DNA of 64,000 nucleotides from contig CATNEN010000038.1 of NCBI GenBank assembly GCA_950097015.1, positions 26,164,001 through 26,228,000 of the forward strand. The letters run 5' to 3'. Position 1 is the stretch's first letter. Each line of letters starts with the position of its first letter. This stretch comes from Macrostomum hystrix (lineage: Eukaryota; Animalia; Platyhelminthes). Under the pieces are notes generated by a model. It saw only the letters and a list, made by a program, of their open reading frames with translations. It was not told the origin of the DNA and did no database searches. Position numbers and translations under genes: made by a program. Positions 37,901 to 50,100 of this stretch are shown here, piece after piece.

Positions 37901-40625
37901 TCAGTCAGTACAGTCTTATTTCAGTCAGTACAATCTTATTTCAGTCAGTACAATCTTATTTCAGTCAGTACAATCTTATTTCAGTCACCCTAATCTTATT
38001 TCAGTCAGTACAGTCTTATTTCAGTCAGTACAGTCTTATTTCAGTCAGTACAATCTTATTTCAGTCAGTACAGTCTGATTTCAGTCAGTACAATCTTATT
38101 TCAGTCAGTACAGTCTTATTTCAGTCAGTACAATCTTATTTCAGTCAGTACAATCTTATTTCAGTCAGTACAATCTTTTTCAGTCAGAACAATCTTATTT
38201 CAGTCAGTACAGTCTTATTTCAGTCAGTACAGTCTTATTTCAGTCAGAACAGTCTTATTTCAGTCAGTACAATCTTATTTCAGTCAGTACAATCTTATTT
38301 CAGTCAGTACAGTCTTATTTCAGTCAGTACAATCTTATTTCAGTCAGTACAATCTTATTTCAGTCAGTACAATCTTATTTCAGTCACCCTAATCTTATTT
38401 CAGTCAGTACAGTCTTATTTCAGTCAGTACAGTCTTATTTCAGTCAGTACAATCTTATTTCAGTCAGTACAGTCTGATTTCAGTCACTACAATCTTATTT
38501 CAGTCAGTACAGTCTTATTTCAGTCAGTACAATCTTATTTCAGTCAGTACAATCTTATTTCAGTCAGTACAATCTTTTTCAGTCAGAACAATCTTATTTC
38601 AGTCAGTACAGTCTTATTTCAGTCAGTACAGTCTTATTTCAGTCAGAACAGTCTTATTTCAGTCAGTACAATCTTATTTCAGTCAGTACAATCTTATTTC
38701 AGTCAGTACAGTCTTATTTCAGTCAGTACAATCTTATTTCAGTCAGTACAATCTTATTTCAGCCAGTACAGTCTTATTTCAGTCAGTACAATCTTATTTC
38801 AGCCAGTACAGTCTTATTTCAGTCAGTACAGTCTTATTTCAGTCAGTACAGTCTTATTTCAGTCACTACAATCTTATTTCAGTCAGTACAGTCTTATTTC
38901 AGTCAGTACAATCTTATTTCAGTCAGTACAATCTTATTTCAGTCAGTACAATCTTTTTCAGTCAGAACAATCTTATTTCAGTCAGTACAGTCTTATTTCA
39001 GTCAGTACAGTCTTATTTCAGTCAGAACAGTCTTATTTCAGTCAGTACAATCTTATTTCAGTCAGTACAATCTTATTTCAGTCAGTACAGTCTTATTTCA
39101 GTCAGTACAATCTTATTTCAGTCAGTACAATCTTATTTCAGCCAGTACAGTCTTATTTCAGTCAGTACAATCTTATTTCAGCCAGTACAGTCTTATTTCA
39201 GTCAGTACAGTCTTATTTCAGTCAGTACAGTCTTATTTCAGTCACTATAATATTTTCCAGTAAATCTAATCAATCTTCAGTCGCTTTCACCATACGAAAA
39301 GCCTTTTATGCGTAGTAGTAGCATAGTCTTGTACTCACGGCGAACAGTAATAACCGATCTTCAGTCCGTAGCGAGTGCACAGAGCCTGAGGAATAACCCT
39401 GAAATTTTAGAAAAATGTTGTACATGCTACTCATTGAAATTAAGTCAGTAGTCTGCATGGAGTGTAAAAGAATAAGTTTAACTCACTCTCCAAAAAACAG
39501 TACGGCGGTGACTGACACTAGAACGGCGGTGATTGGGTCCGACACTCGGTCAAGAAAAATTGGCATCGCTTCTACGCACGCCGCGTTGCCTAGCAACAGA
39601 GTGACGAGCAGCCAGTGATGCCGCCGGATGATGGGGAACAGACGCTGGGCATGGCGCTTAGTTTCGCCTGTGCCAGAGTCGCTGAGCACTTTTAAGCTGA
39701 GCAGGTCTAGGCTCAGTAGGCCAATTGTCAGACCGCTCATTAGGCCTACGAGTAGCGGAGCAGTTGTTTGAGGAATATAGAATATATTAATTTTACACCT
39801 CATTCCTCTGTTAGGCCCAATGTACAGCCGTGTACAACCATTCAGTTCATGGAGTAGATATTGAAGTGGAGCAGATTGGATCCAGAATGGAAGCAGATTG
39901 GATACAGAAGGGAAGCAGATTTGATACAGAAGGGAAGCAGATTGGATATTGAAGGGAAGCAGATTTGATACAAAATGGAAGCAGATTTGGTACAGAAGGG
40001 AAGCAGATTGGATATTAAGGGAAGCAGATTTGATACAAAATGGAAGCAGATTTGGTACAGAAGGGAAGCAGATTTGATACAGAAGGGAAGCAGATTGGAT
40101 ACTGAAAGGAAACATATTTGATACAAAATGGAAGCAGATTTGATACAGAAGGGAAGCAGATTGGATATTGAAGGGAAGCAGATTTGATACAAAATGGAAG
40201 CAGATTTGATACAAAATGGAAGCAGATTTGGTACAGAAAGGAAGCAGATTGGATATTAAGGGAAGCAGATTTGATACAAAATGGAAGCAGATTTGGTACA
40301 GAAGGGAAGCAGATTGGATATTGAAGGGAAACAGATTTGATACAAAATGGAAGCAGATTTGGTACAGAAGGGAAGCAGATTGAATATAGAAGGGAAGCAG
40401 ATTGGATATTGAAAGGAAGCAGATTTCATAGTGAAAGGAAAGGCATTTAAACAGAAAAATTCGAAGCAACATACCTGCGCCTAACACCAGGAATGCATAA
40501 ATAGCCAGATAAATCCAGAAGAGTGCATCCTCGGGAGTGGCCTTGTGATCAGCCAAATGATAATCCGTGCCATTGCACAAGAGGTCATCCTGAGACACTA
40601 TCAGACAGTTGATGTATCGAGACAT
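31906..40625 (-). CDS. DUF21 (CNNM transmembrane) plus CBS-pair metal transporter, MAM3/plant DUF21-like
   Basis: Exons 40625-40475, 39745-39487 ([14 protein letters not shown]...[13 protein letters not shown]...FFGE), 39398-39339 ([15 protein letters not shown]), 35409-35136 ([15 protein letters not shown]...REELKSLV), 33321-32979 (IIRGALEL...HSRVPVY) and 32255-31906 (SHMAVV...[13 protein letters not shown]). GT-AG introns, phases consistent. Confidence 0.92.
34025..35080. repeat. 22-bp minisatellite (TTAATCCATTTCAATCCCTTCG)n, DUF21 gene intron 4
   Basis: Direct inspection. Confidence 0.95.
35500..39250. repeat. 20-bp minisatellite (TTTCAGTCAGTACA(A/G)TCTTA)n, 3.75 kb, DUF21 gene intron 3
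   Basis: Direct inspection. Confidence 0.97.
39865..40430. repeat. 22-bp minisatellite (GAAGCAGATTTGATACAAAATG)n, DUF21 gene intron 1
   Basis: Direct inspection; trimeric higher-order pattern. Confidence 0.93.
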
Positions 40626-41074
40626 GCTTGAAGTAAAAATTATCTTTGCTAATAATGATTCGTTTAGTTGCAAACTTTAGTTAAACGTGTCGCGTGCAAT
40701 GACTACATGTAAATTCGCACCAGAGCGTTACTTATAATTAAAATCTCAGGTGTTATCAGATCTAAGCCACCAATAGGAGGAAGAGCTGGTTTGCATTATA
40801 GACAAGCCGCACAAGACATTGCTAGTGTGTTGTTACAAATCTGGGTTAGCCTCTCGACCGAAAAATAATCGTCATGGAAAGGTATGGTCAAGTGCCTCTG
40901 TGCATAGAAATTTGGTAGGTCTTTATCTCAAACTACTCATACTACAATCTACTCTTCTACTACACACATTGCTTCATTTTAATGTGACTATTTGAGTTTT
41001 AGCATTAGTGGCACCTTTATAAATTCCGTTGCTGAATTACAGTGTTTTCTTCTCTTATATCACTACTCTGCCTC

Positions 41075-41578
41075 ACCTGTCGCCTCACTGTCTAACACCT
41101 GTCATCTCACTGTCTAACACCTGTCATCTCACTGTCTAACACCTGTCACCTCACAATATCACACCTGTCATCTCATAATATCACACCTGTCATCTCATAA
41201 TATCACACCTGTCATCTCACTATCTCACACCTGTCATCTTACTGTCTCACACCTGTCATCTCACTGTCTCACACCTGTCATCTCACCATCTCACACCTGT
41301 CATCTCTCACTATCTCACATTTGTCATCTCAATTTGTCTCACACCTGTCATCTCATTATCTCACACCTGTCATCTCACTATCTCACACCTGTCATCTCAC
41401 AATCTCACACCTGTCATCTCACAATCTCACACCTGTCATTTCTCACTATCTCACATTTGTCATCTCAATGTCTCACACCTGTCATCTCACTGTCTCACAC
41501 CTGTCATCTCACAATCTCACACCTTTCATCTCACTGTCTCACACCTGTCATCTCACAATATCACACCTGTCATCACCT
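41075..41578. repeat. 22-bp minisatellite (CACACCTGTCATCTCACTGTCT)n
   Basis: Direct inspection. Confidence 0.92.
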
Positions 41579-41915
41579 GCCGAGGACCATTCAGTGTGGC
41601 CGATGGCATTCGAACCATAGACAGCTTATTAAATGGCTATGATTTTTTCTGAAATCAGATTGCTTATTTGAGGCCCGTTATATCCGGTTGAGGCCCATTA
41701 TATGATGTAACGGTCTCGAAATTAAAGTAGTCTGTATACCACAGACTACCGATTCCTCGCTCTGAAGCGCCCATTAGACGTCTCTAAAATATGCAATCGG
41801 ATTTTATTTGGTAATATACTCGTAGTATTCTCACTTCTATCAAAGCGCAAGCATAACTCTATGAAATTCCAAATATGGCCAAAAGTTAACAATCCACGAT
41901 TCTGTCAAAGCAGTT

Positions 41916-42876
41916 CTACAGCAGTGCAAAGAAGTCGCGAATCTCAGACTCCGTCATGAGGCTGTTTCCCATTGCTAAGGCTCTCAGCGTTCCTCTGAAG
42001 ATTCTACTATCGCCGTTGCGCTTACCAAACTGGAAACACAATGGAGAGAGAACAGGATAGTCGCTATTAGGTATGACGGTCACAGTTGATGGGGCCAGGA
42101 AAGCATTTCCTAGAAACAATCCCCACGAGTCGCCTGCCGGAGTCGACGTGAAACCCAAGTCGATCCATTCGTTCGGGTCCGCGGACATTGGGGTGTTAGT
42201 TAGAATGAAATTCCTCGTAGCTGCACTAGCCTGTGTATTCACAAAGACGAGAGGTCGGTTGGGAACATCATATTCCCAAACGTATCATGGTAGATAATCC
42301 GCTCGCGCAGGACATAAATTCAACAAAGGCTTGCACTTGTGGCACGCGCTTGATCCTGAGAAATACTGTCAAGCCAGTATTGAAAGTGATGTCGCTGTAG
42401 TTCATTGCCAAATACGAGTTGACACCATCGAAGACAGCGCCGTCCTCAGACCACTGGACACTCTTGGGGTAGATGCGGTTGACTGTTTCATCAGTCTGAC
42501 ACAGCAAGTTTCCAAAGTTGGTCATCTCGTCTCCGACCCAAACGTTCGTCAACTTGGCTAGCGCCGATGCCGAGTACTTCATGGGGAATCGGATGAGCAC
42601 TCGGCAGTCGCTGCTCACACCGGAGAGAAGCTGGCGATACACGGACTGGTAGCGGAAGATGCTGCATTGTTGAAGGTCTGTTCTGAATTGTATCACCAGG
42701 AGACCCAGTCTCTCCTTGTTCGATGCTTCAACGGTGTACTGAATTTCGCTGCTTGTCTGCAGTTTGTACAGAGCCGTGGTGTCAGGGACACATTGCACCT
42801 GCATTTGAGTCCAGGTGTCTCCGAGTCCGCGATGGCAAATGGCCAGCAAGCTTAACAGGTGCAGAGCTGTAATCAT
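41916..42876 (-). pseudogene. Intronless secreted concanavalin-A/LamG-like protein with a single frameshift near 42275 (pseudogene or sequence error)
   Basis: Signal peptide MITALHLLSLLAICHRGLG; GAVFDGVNSYL...GLTVFLRIK in ORF 42268-42945 and FRGTLRALAMGNSLMTESEIRDFF in ORF 41916-42242. Removing one G from TTTGGG joins them as ...MIRLEYDVPNRPLVFVN. Confidence 0.6.
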
Positions 42877-43009
42877 CCTTCCTGGTGGTCGTTTGATAAG
42901 CAAGAATCGCTTGCGGCATGGCATATATACGAGTATATGTAGCATTGTTCGTCAAAAACAGTAGCGTAGTCAGGGGGAGGGGGCATTCCCCCAGAATCGG
43001 ATGACCAAC

Positions 43010-43210
43010 GCCCCCCACACAATTAGATGAGCAAAATCCTTACGTTGGCGTTCTATTTTGAAGTAGGTCATTTCTGCAACAGCCGCCACTACTGCATCAT
43101 GGGGTACTATGAGTACTACGCTGCCTTCTTTGAGGTTTGCTGGGAATCGATGAAATTTCATTTCTGCAGAACAGTCGCTTGCGTAGTTTTTGCAGCCATA
43201 TATCATTGTT
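43010..43210 (-). pseudogene. Degenerate THAP zinc-finger fragment (likely DNA-transposon relic)
   Basis: IYGCKN...MKFHRFP motif, with frameshifted remnants resembling RICS..xxGG downstream. Confidence 0.5.
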
Positions 43211-44105
43211 GTTGTGTGTGCGACTTCTATGTGACTTCTATCACTCGGGGTGACACCGCTGCAGGAACTGCTCCACCTTCCGCTCGTCTCTGAGTCTCTA
43301 GCAACCGTTGAAGTCTAAATCAGCTCGAACGGCGTCACATCTCGGGCAGGTGAACCAGTGGTCTTTCGAGATCTTTCGAGATCCACAAACCGCGCGATCT
43401 CTGCTGGGCTCCAGCTTCACCTTTTGTCGCGAGTAGTCGGTCTTCTGGCTGTGTCCAGTCCGGAGCTGCGCCACCAGAACCTAGCGACTCCGCGTCGTAG
43501 CCGTACTGCACTAAGTGATGGTGCCACTATCGATGGTGTTGTTGTTATGGTTGCTGGTCGGAACTGAATCTCCCAGGGACTGGGCCTACCGAACCACCGA
43601 ATTCATCAGAACGACCAGAATTCCGGCATTCGTGTTCTTGGCCAAAGGCCCGATGGGGTCTTGCCGGAGTCTGAAACTGCTCAGAGGTCTGCCAGTAGTT
43701 GAGCTTTGTTTTATGGCTTTGTCTCGCTTGGAAGTTGTCAACAGTCTATGGTAAAAAAACTTTCCAATAACATGAAAAAGAACAATGACATGTTTGTTAT
43801 TGCTCATCCATGATTAGTAGTTTGTCCATGGCTCTACTTTGTGCTACTAAATTTCATAAAATCACAGTTTGATGATTCTCTCGTAAGTCCTGTGGTATTA
43901 TCTGCTAAATATGTAAAAATTGCAACAAAATATGCTTTGAGTATGAAATGACGAACAGTCAGATAGACGAAACGACAGACTCTAGAGATTTAGAGAAAGG
44001 TGAATTAAATGGACAGTGGAATATATCTGGCAATAGAAATTAGAAAAATGTAGAATAATCCAAAATTTTCAAAATCGCTTCGAAATATTCGCAGTAATTC
44101 TTAGA

Positions 44106-47100
44106 TCAGGCAACGCGATCATTATTGGCTTCAGCACGTCTGGCTCTGGCCTCCAGGCGATGCTTCAGGTTACCCAGATTGCGCTTCATCAGAGCCAGAT
44201 CGCGCGACAGGGTGGATAGATCTAGCATCAGCAGGCTGATGCCGAACAGCACCGATATGGTGATAGCCAGGGCGCCAACTGAACCAGCCGCTGCTGCCTC
44301 CACCGCTGGAGGGACGAAGAATTTGCCGCGGGTGTCCAACTTGCCTGACACCTCTGCGGGGTAGGCGGCGTTGATGAAGACTATGAAGACTTCAGGACTC
44401 ATGCTCACTTTATGGTTTATTAAGACTTTAGAGTTTATGAAGAGAATTCAAGGTATATGTAGAAGCGTGTGAGTGGCATAGCAGTCTAATACGTTTAGCT
44501 CTCGCACCAAAGGGCCCTGAGCTCGACTCCGCGGCGAGGCCACATTTATTTTAGACGCTCGGGGGCTTGTCGAGCAATTTACGCCAACCTCCAAGGCACA
44601 GTGAGAGTGTACACCACCTGACGATGAGAATGTCAGGGCACACGTACACACCTCTGCGAGTGTGTGTCTGCATACGGTATCCGTGAGCGTGTGTGTTCAG
44701 GAGTCAGCGAAATGGGCAGAATTGCCTCCTCGCCGGCTGCAGGTCTAGTGTCACGAAACGATGTCCCGCAGCCCTCCTGCAACTGCTATTATTATTATTT
44801 TATTATTAATATAAAAATAGTGTAAAATGTTTATGAAGACTTCAGGGCTAAAGGAGAGACTGCATGGTTCATGTAGAGTAATGCAATATCTCTCACTGGT
44901 ACAGATCGGCAGGGAGGTGAGGTTCCAGTCACCGCTACTGCGGCAGAGTACGATTGGCTGCCCGGTGCCTGTGTCCATGCCATCCTGGCAGGCGAAGGTC
45001 ACGATGGTTTTGTAGGGCAGCAGTTGCTGCTGATTCACTCTGCTGGTGTTGGTGATAGTCACGGTGCCATTGGCGAAGCTGATCATGGCCTGAGGCTTGT
45101 AGTTCAGCTTGTCCAGCATGGCGGATCCGGCCGCCGTCGTCGGGATCAGAATGTCCGTGTTGCAGCTTACCTCTGGTTCGGAGATGGGAGATAGGATCTG
45201 ATGCCGACTTCTTTTCACTCCTACGACTGCCCAGTCACTCTACTGTCTTCATTGAGCACACCCCATGAGTACACTCTCTGACCACACCCCATGAGTACAC
45301 TCTCTGACCACACCCCATGAGTACACTCTCTGTCCACACCCCATGAGTACACTCTCTGACCACACCCCATGAGTACACTCTCTGACCACACCCCATGAGA
45401 ACACTCTCTGACCACACCCCATGAGTACACTCTCTGACCACACCCCATGAGTACACTCTCTGACCACACCCCATGAGTACACTCTATGACTCACCGATGC
45501 ACTCAGCAGTCTTGAGTAGGGCTAGCTTGGTGCCCATCACGCCAGTCCACGCGCCCTCGATAAGGCTGCCGTTGAGCAGATCGCAGCCGATGCTCTTCTC
45601 AAAGTTTCTATCATCAAAGAAGTATCCAGGCGTTGAGCATTTGATGTAGACCCGGTTTGGAAAGTAAGGAAAACTGCTGCTTTGAAATTCCGTGTACTGC
45701 TTCTGATTGATCCTATTGTCAGCCTTGTAGGCCATGGCCTGGTCAGTGTTAATCAGGCCGCTGATGTCTGGACATTTCACGGCTGCAATTTTTGTGACAA
45801 GGAAGACAAGCTTATTAGCAGCTAATAGGTAAAACTGGGAATATGATATTTTACGCAGGTTGTCTATCAGGTCTCACAGATTGTCTAACAGGTTACACAA
45901 ATTGTTTAACAGGTAACACAATTTTTCTGACAGGCAACAAATATTTTCTAACAGGCTGCACTGATTATCCAACGGGTTACACTGATTGTCTAACATGTCA
46001 CACAGATTGCCTAACAGGTTATACCGGTTGTTTAACAGGTTACACAATTAGTCTAACAGGTTAAACAGATTGTCTAACAGGTTGCACAGATTGTCTAACC
46101 GGTCACACGGATTGTCTAACCGGTCACACAGATTGTCTAACCGGTCACACAGATTGTCCAACCGGCCACACAGATTGTCTAACCGGTCACAGATTGTCTA
46201 ACAGGCTACAAAGAATTGTCTAACAGGCTACACTGATTATCCAACGGGTTACACTGATAGTCTAAAAGGTTAGACTGTTTGTCTAACAGGTTACACTGTT
46301 TGTCTAACAGGTTACACTGTTTGTCTAACAGGTTACACAGACTGCCTAACAGGTTACACAGACTGCCTAACAGGTTGACTCACGCTGGCAGGTGTTTAAA
46401 TCGAACGGCAGCCACTCGCCAATGGTCGGGTCCAAATAGTTTTGTCCACACTCAACTGGGCTGGTGATAGCGCTGGTGTTCTGGTACGAGACGTAGCCCC
46501 GACTGCAGGTAACGTAGAATTTCTGGCTGTAGTTGAAATACGGCAACGCTAATTGGGAATCGTACGGCTCCACGTTGGGTATGCGAAATTCGCTCATCAG
46601 CTTGGATGTGGCGCACCGAATGGCTGGCGGAGATCGGAAATTTTTTACATTTTTAACAGGTTCCACCGAATTTGTCTAACAGGTTCCATGAAATTAGTCT
46701 AACATTTTTATTACAATTGTCAAACATGTTTGATATAAAGTGTCTAACAGATGACAGATGAAATTAGTCTAACATGTTTGATGAAAGTGTCTAACATGTT
46801 TGATGAAAGTGTCTAACATGTTTGATGACAGTTGTCTAACATGTTTGATGAAAGTGTCTAACATGTTTGATGAAAGTGTCTAACATGTTTGATGACAGTT
46901 GTCTAACATGTTTGATGACAGTGTCTAACATGTTTGATGACAGTGTCTAACATGTTTGATGACAGTGTCTAACATGTTTGATGAAAGTGTCTAACATGTT
47001 TGATGACAGTTGTCTAACATGTTTGATGACAGTGTCTAACATGTTTGATGACAGTTGTCTAACATGTTTGATGACAGTATCTAACATGTTTCATGAAAGC

Positions 47101-50100
47101 TGTTTCTGTAGTTCACAAGTGCCTCAGTTCACCAAGCATTCGGGAATCAGCATTAGTTGGGGGTAGAGATTTGGCTGTACATCTGGCCCATTGGGACTAG
47201 GTTAAATTTCTATTTTTATTCTTCATCGATTCAATGAACTTTATATTTCAAGCCCACAAACTAACGATAGCATTGCTCCACAGATCCCTGCTGCACTACA
47301 GCCGAGTAGGCAGTGCCGGACATGTTGTAACCGCAGCGGACATTGTTCACTTTCAAACCGTTGACGCTGCTGGCAGTTGGAGTTGCCAGGGTGGCAGTGG
47401 GCGAATCTCTTTCCCGATAGAAGCCGGGCAGGCAGTCAAGGCTTACTTCCAGGCCCACGTTGAACAGGTTGTAGTACTGCCTGCCGTTTGTCGCATTTAC
47501 GCCTCGCATTGTGCCAGGATTGTAGCCCGCGATTAGGCTGCTGTCACACTTGGCAACTGGGGGGGGGACAATAAGAACCAATGAGAATTCTGTCAATCAA
47601 TTAGAATTCTGTCAATCAATTAGAATTCTGTCAATCAATGAGAATTCTGTCAATCAATGAGAATTCTGTCAATCAATGAGAATTCTGTCAATCAATTAGA
47701 CATCTGTCAATCAATGAGAATTCTGTCAATCAATGAGAATTCTGTCAATCAATGAGAATTCTGTCAATCAATGAGAATTCTGTCAATCAATTAGACATCT
47801 GTCAATCAATGAGAATTCTGTCAATCAATGAGAATTCTGTCAATCAATGAGAATTCTGTCAATCAATTAGACATCTGTCAATCAATGAGAATTCTGTCAA
47901 TCAATGAGAATTCTGTCAATCAATTAGAATTCTGTCAATCAATTAGAATTCTGTCAATCAATTAGAATTCCGTCAATCAATTAGAATTCTGTAAACTGCA
48001 TTCTGTATTTCACACTACTGCCAGTCAGTAGCATATCCAGCTAATTCATACCAGGCTTCTCGCAGAGAGTGGCGAACGAGCCGGCGCAGCTGACAACAGA
48101 CAAACCGCTCGACTGCAGCCACACAGCGTTTGCATTGGCAACCAGCTGAGATTTGTAGGCGACGCAACCGACTGCAGAGCTTGCTCCGCTAACAGGGCCA
48201 AAGCCGCTGAGCCACAGATTGTCGGAGATTGCTAACGACAGGTTAGACCAGGCGAAGGTTCCGCCTGAGGATGATGGGTACAATGTAGGAGCTGCAACCT
48301 TCAGGAGTTTGAGGTGACAAAATCTTAAAATAAAAGTGAGTGGTGAGAGGGAGACAATGATCCACCCGACGACTGTCAGAAGACACAACTACCAGAAGAC
48401 ACAACTACCAGAAGACACAACTACCAGAAGACACATCTACCAGAAGACACAACTACCAGAAGACACAACTACCAGAAGACACATCTACCAGAAGACACAA
48501 CTGCCAGAAGACACATCTACCAGAAGACACATCTACCAGAAGACACCTGCCAGAAGACACAACTACCAGAAGACACAAATACCAGAAGACACAACTACCA
48601 GAAGACACAACTGCCAGAAGACGCAACTGCCAGAAGACGCAACTGCCAGGACACATCTACCAGAAGACACAACTGCCAGAAGACACAACTGCCAGAAGAC
48701 ACATCTACCAGAAGACACAACTACCAGAAGACACAACTACCAGAAGACACAACTACCAGAAGACACAACTACCAGAAGACACAACTACCAGAAGACACAT
48801 CTACCAGAAGACACAACTGCCAGAAGACACATCTACCAGAAGACACATCTACCAGAAGACACCTGCCAGAAGACACAACTACCAGAAGACACAAATACCA
48901 GAAGACACATCTACCAGAAGACACAACTGCCAGGACACATCTACCAGAAGACACAACTGCCAGAAGACACAACTGCCAGAAGACACATCTACCAGAAGAC
49001 ACAACTACCAGAAGACACAACTGCCAGAAGACATAACTACCAGAAGACACAACTACCAGAAGACGCAACTGCCAATAGACACAACTGTCAGAAGACACAA
49101 CTACCAGAAGACACAACTACCAGAAGACACAACTACCAGAAGACACAACTACCAGAAGACACAACTACCAGAAGACACAACTACCAGAAGACACATCTAC
49201 CAGAAGACACAACTGCCAGAAGACACATCTACCAGAAGACACATCTACCAGAAGACACCTGCCAGAAGACACAACTACCAGAAGACACAAATACCAGAAG
49301 ACACAACTACCAGAAGACACAACTGCCAGAAGACGCAACTGCCAGAAGACGCAACTGCCAGGACACATCTACCAGAAGACACAACTGCCAGAAGACACAA
49401 CTGCCAGAAGACACATCTACCAGAAGACACAACTACCAGAAGACACAACTACCAGAAGACACAACTACCAGAAGACACAACTACCAGAAGACACAACTAC
49501 CAGAAGACACATCTACCAGAAGACACAACTGCCAGAAGACACATCTACCAGAAGACACATCTACCAGAAGACACCTGCCAGAAGACACAACTACCAGAAG
49601 ACACAAATACCAGAAGACACATCTACCAGAAGACACAACTGCCAGGACACATCTACCAGAAGACACAACTGCCAGAAGACACAACTGCCAGAAGACACAT
49701 CTACCAGAAGACACAACTACCAGAAGACACAACTGCCAGAAGACATAACTACCAGAAGACACAACTACCAGAAGACGCAACTGCCAATAGACACAACTGC
49801 CAGAAGACACATCTACCAGAAGACACAACTGCCAGAAGACACATCTACCAGAAGACGCAACTGCCAGAAGACGCAACTGCCAGAAGACGCAACTGCCAGA
49901 AGAAGACACAACTACCAGAAGACACAACTGCCAGAAGACACATCTACCAGAAGACACAACTGCCAGAAGACACAACTGCCAGAAGACACAACTACCAGAA
50001 GACACAACTGCCAGAAGACACAACTGCCAGAAGACACAACTACCAGAAGACGCAACTGCCAATAGACACAACTGCCAGAAGACACATCTACCAGAAGACA

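Noticed and set aside
19829-39250. CRISPR-like arrays
   Set aside because: Repeats are head-to-tail with no unique spacers, there are no cas genes, and the context is eukaryotic.
44617-44640. Hammerhead ribozyme core (CTGACGA)
   Set aside because: No GAAA after stem II and no stem III/NUH; the motif instead forms a simple CCTGAC/GTCAGG hairpin.
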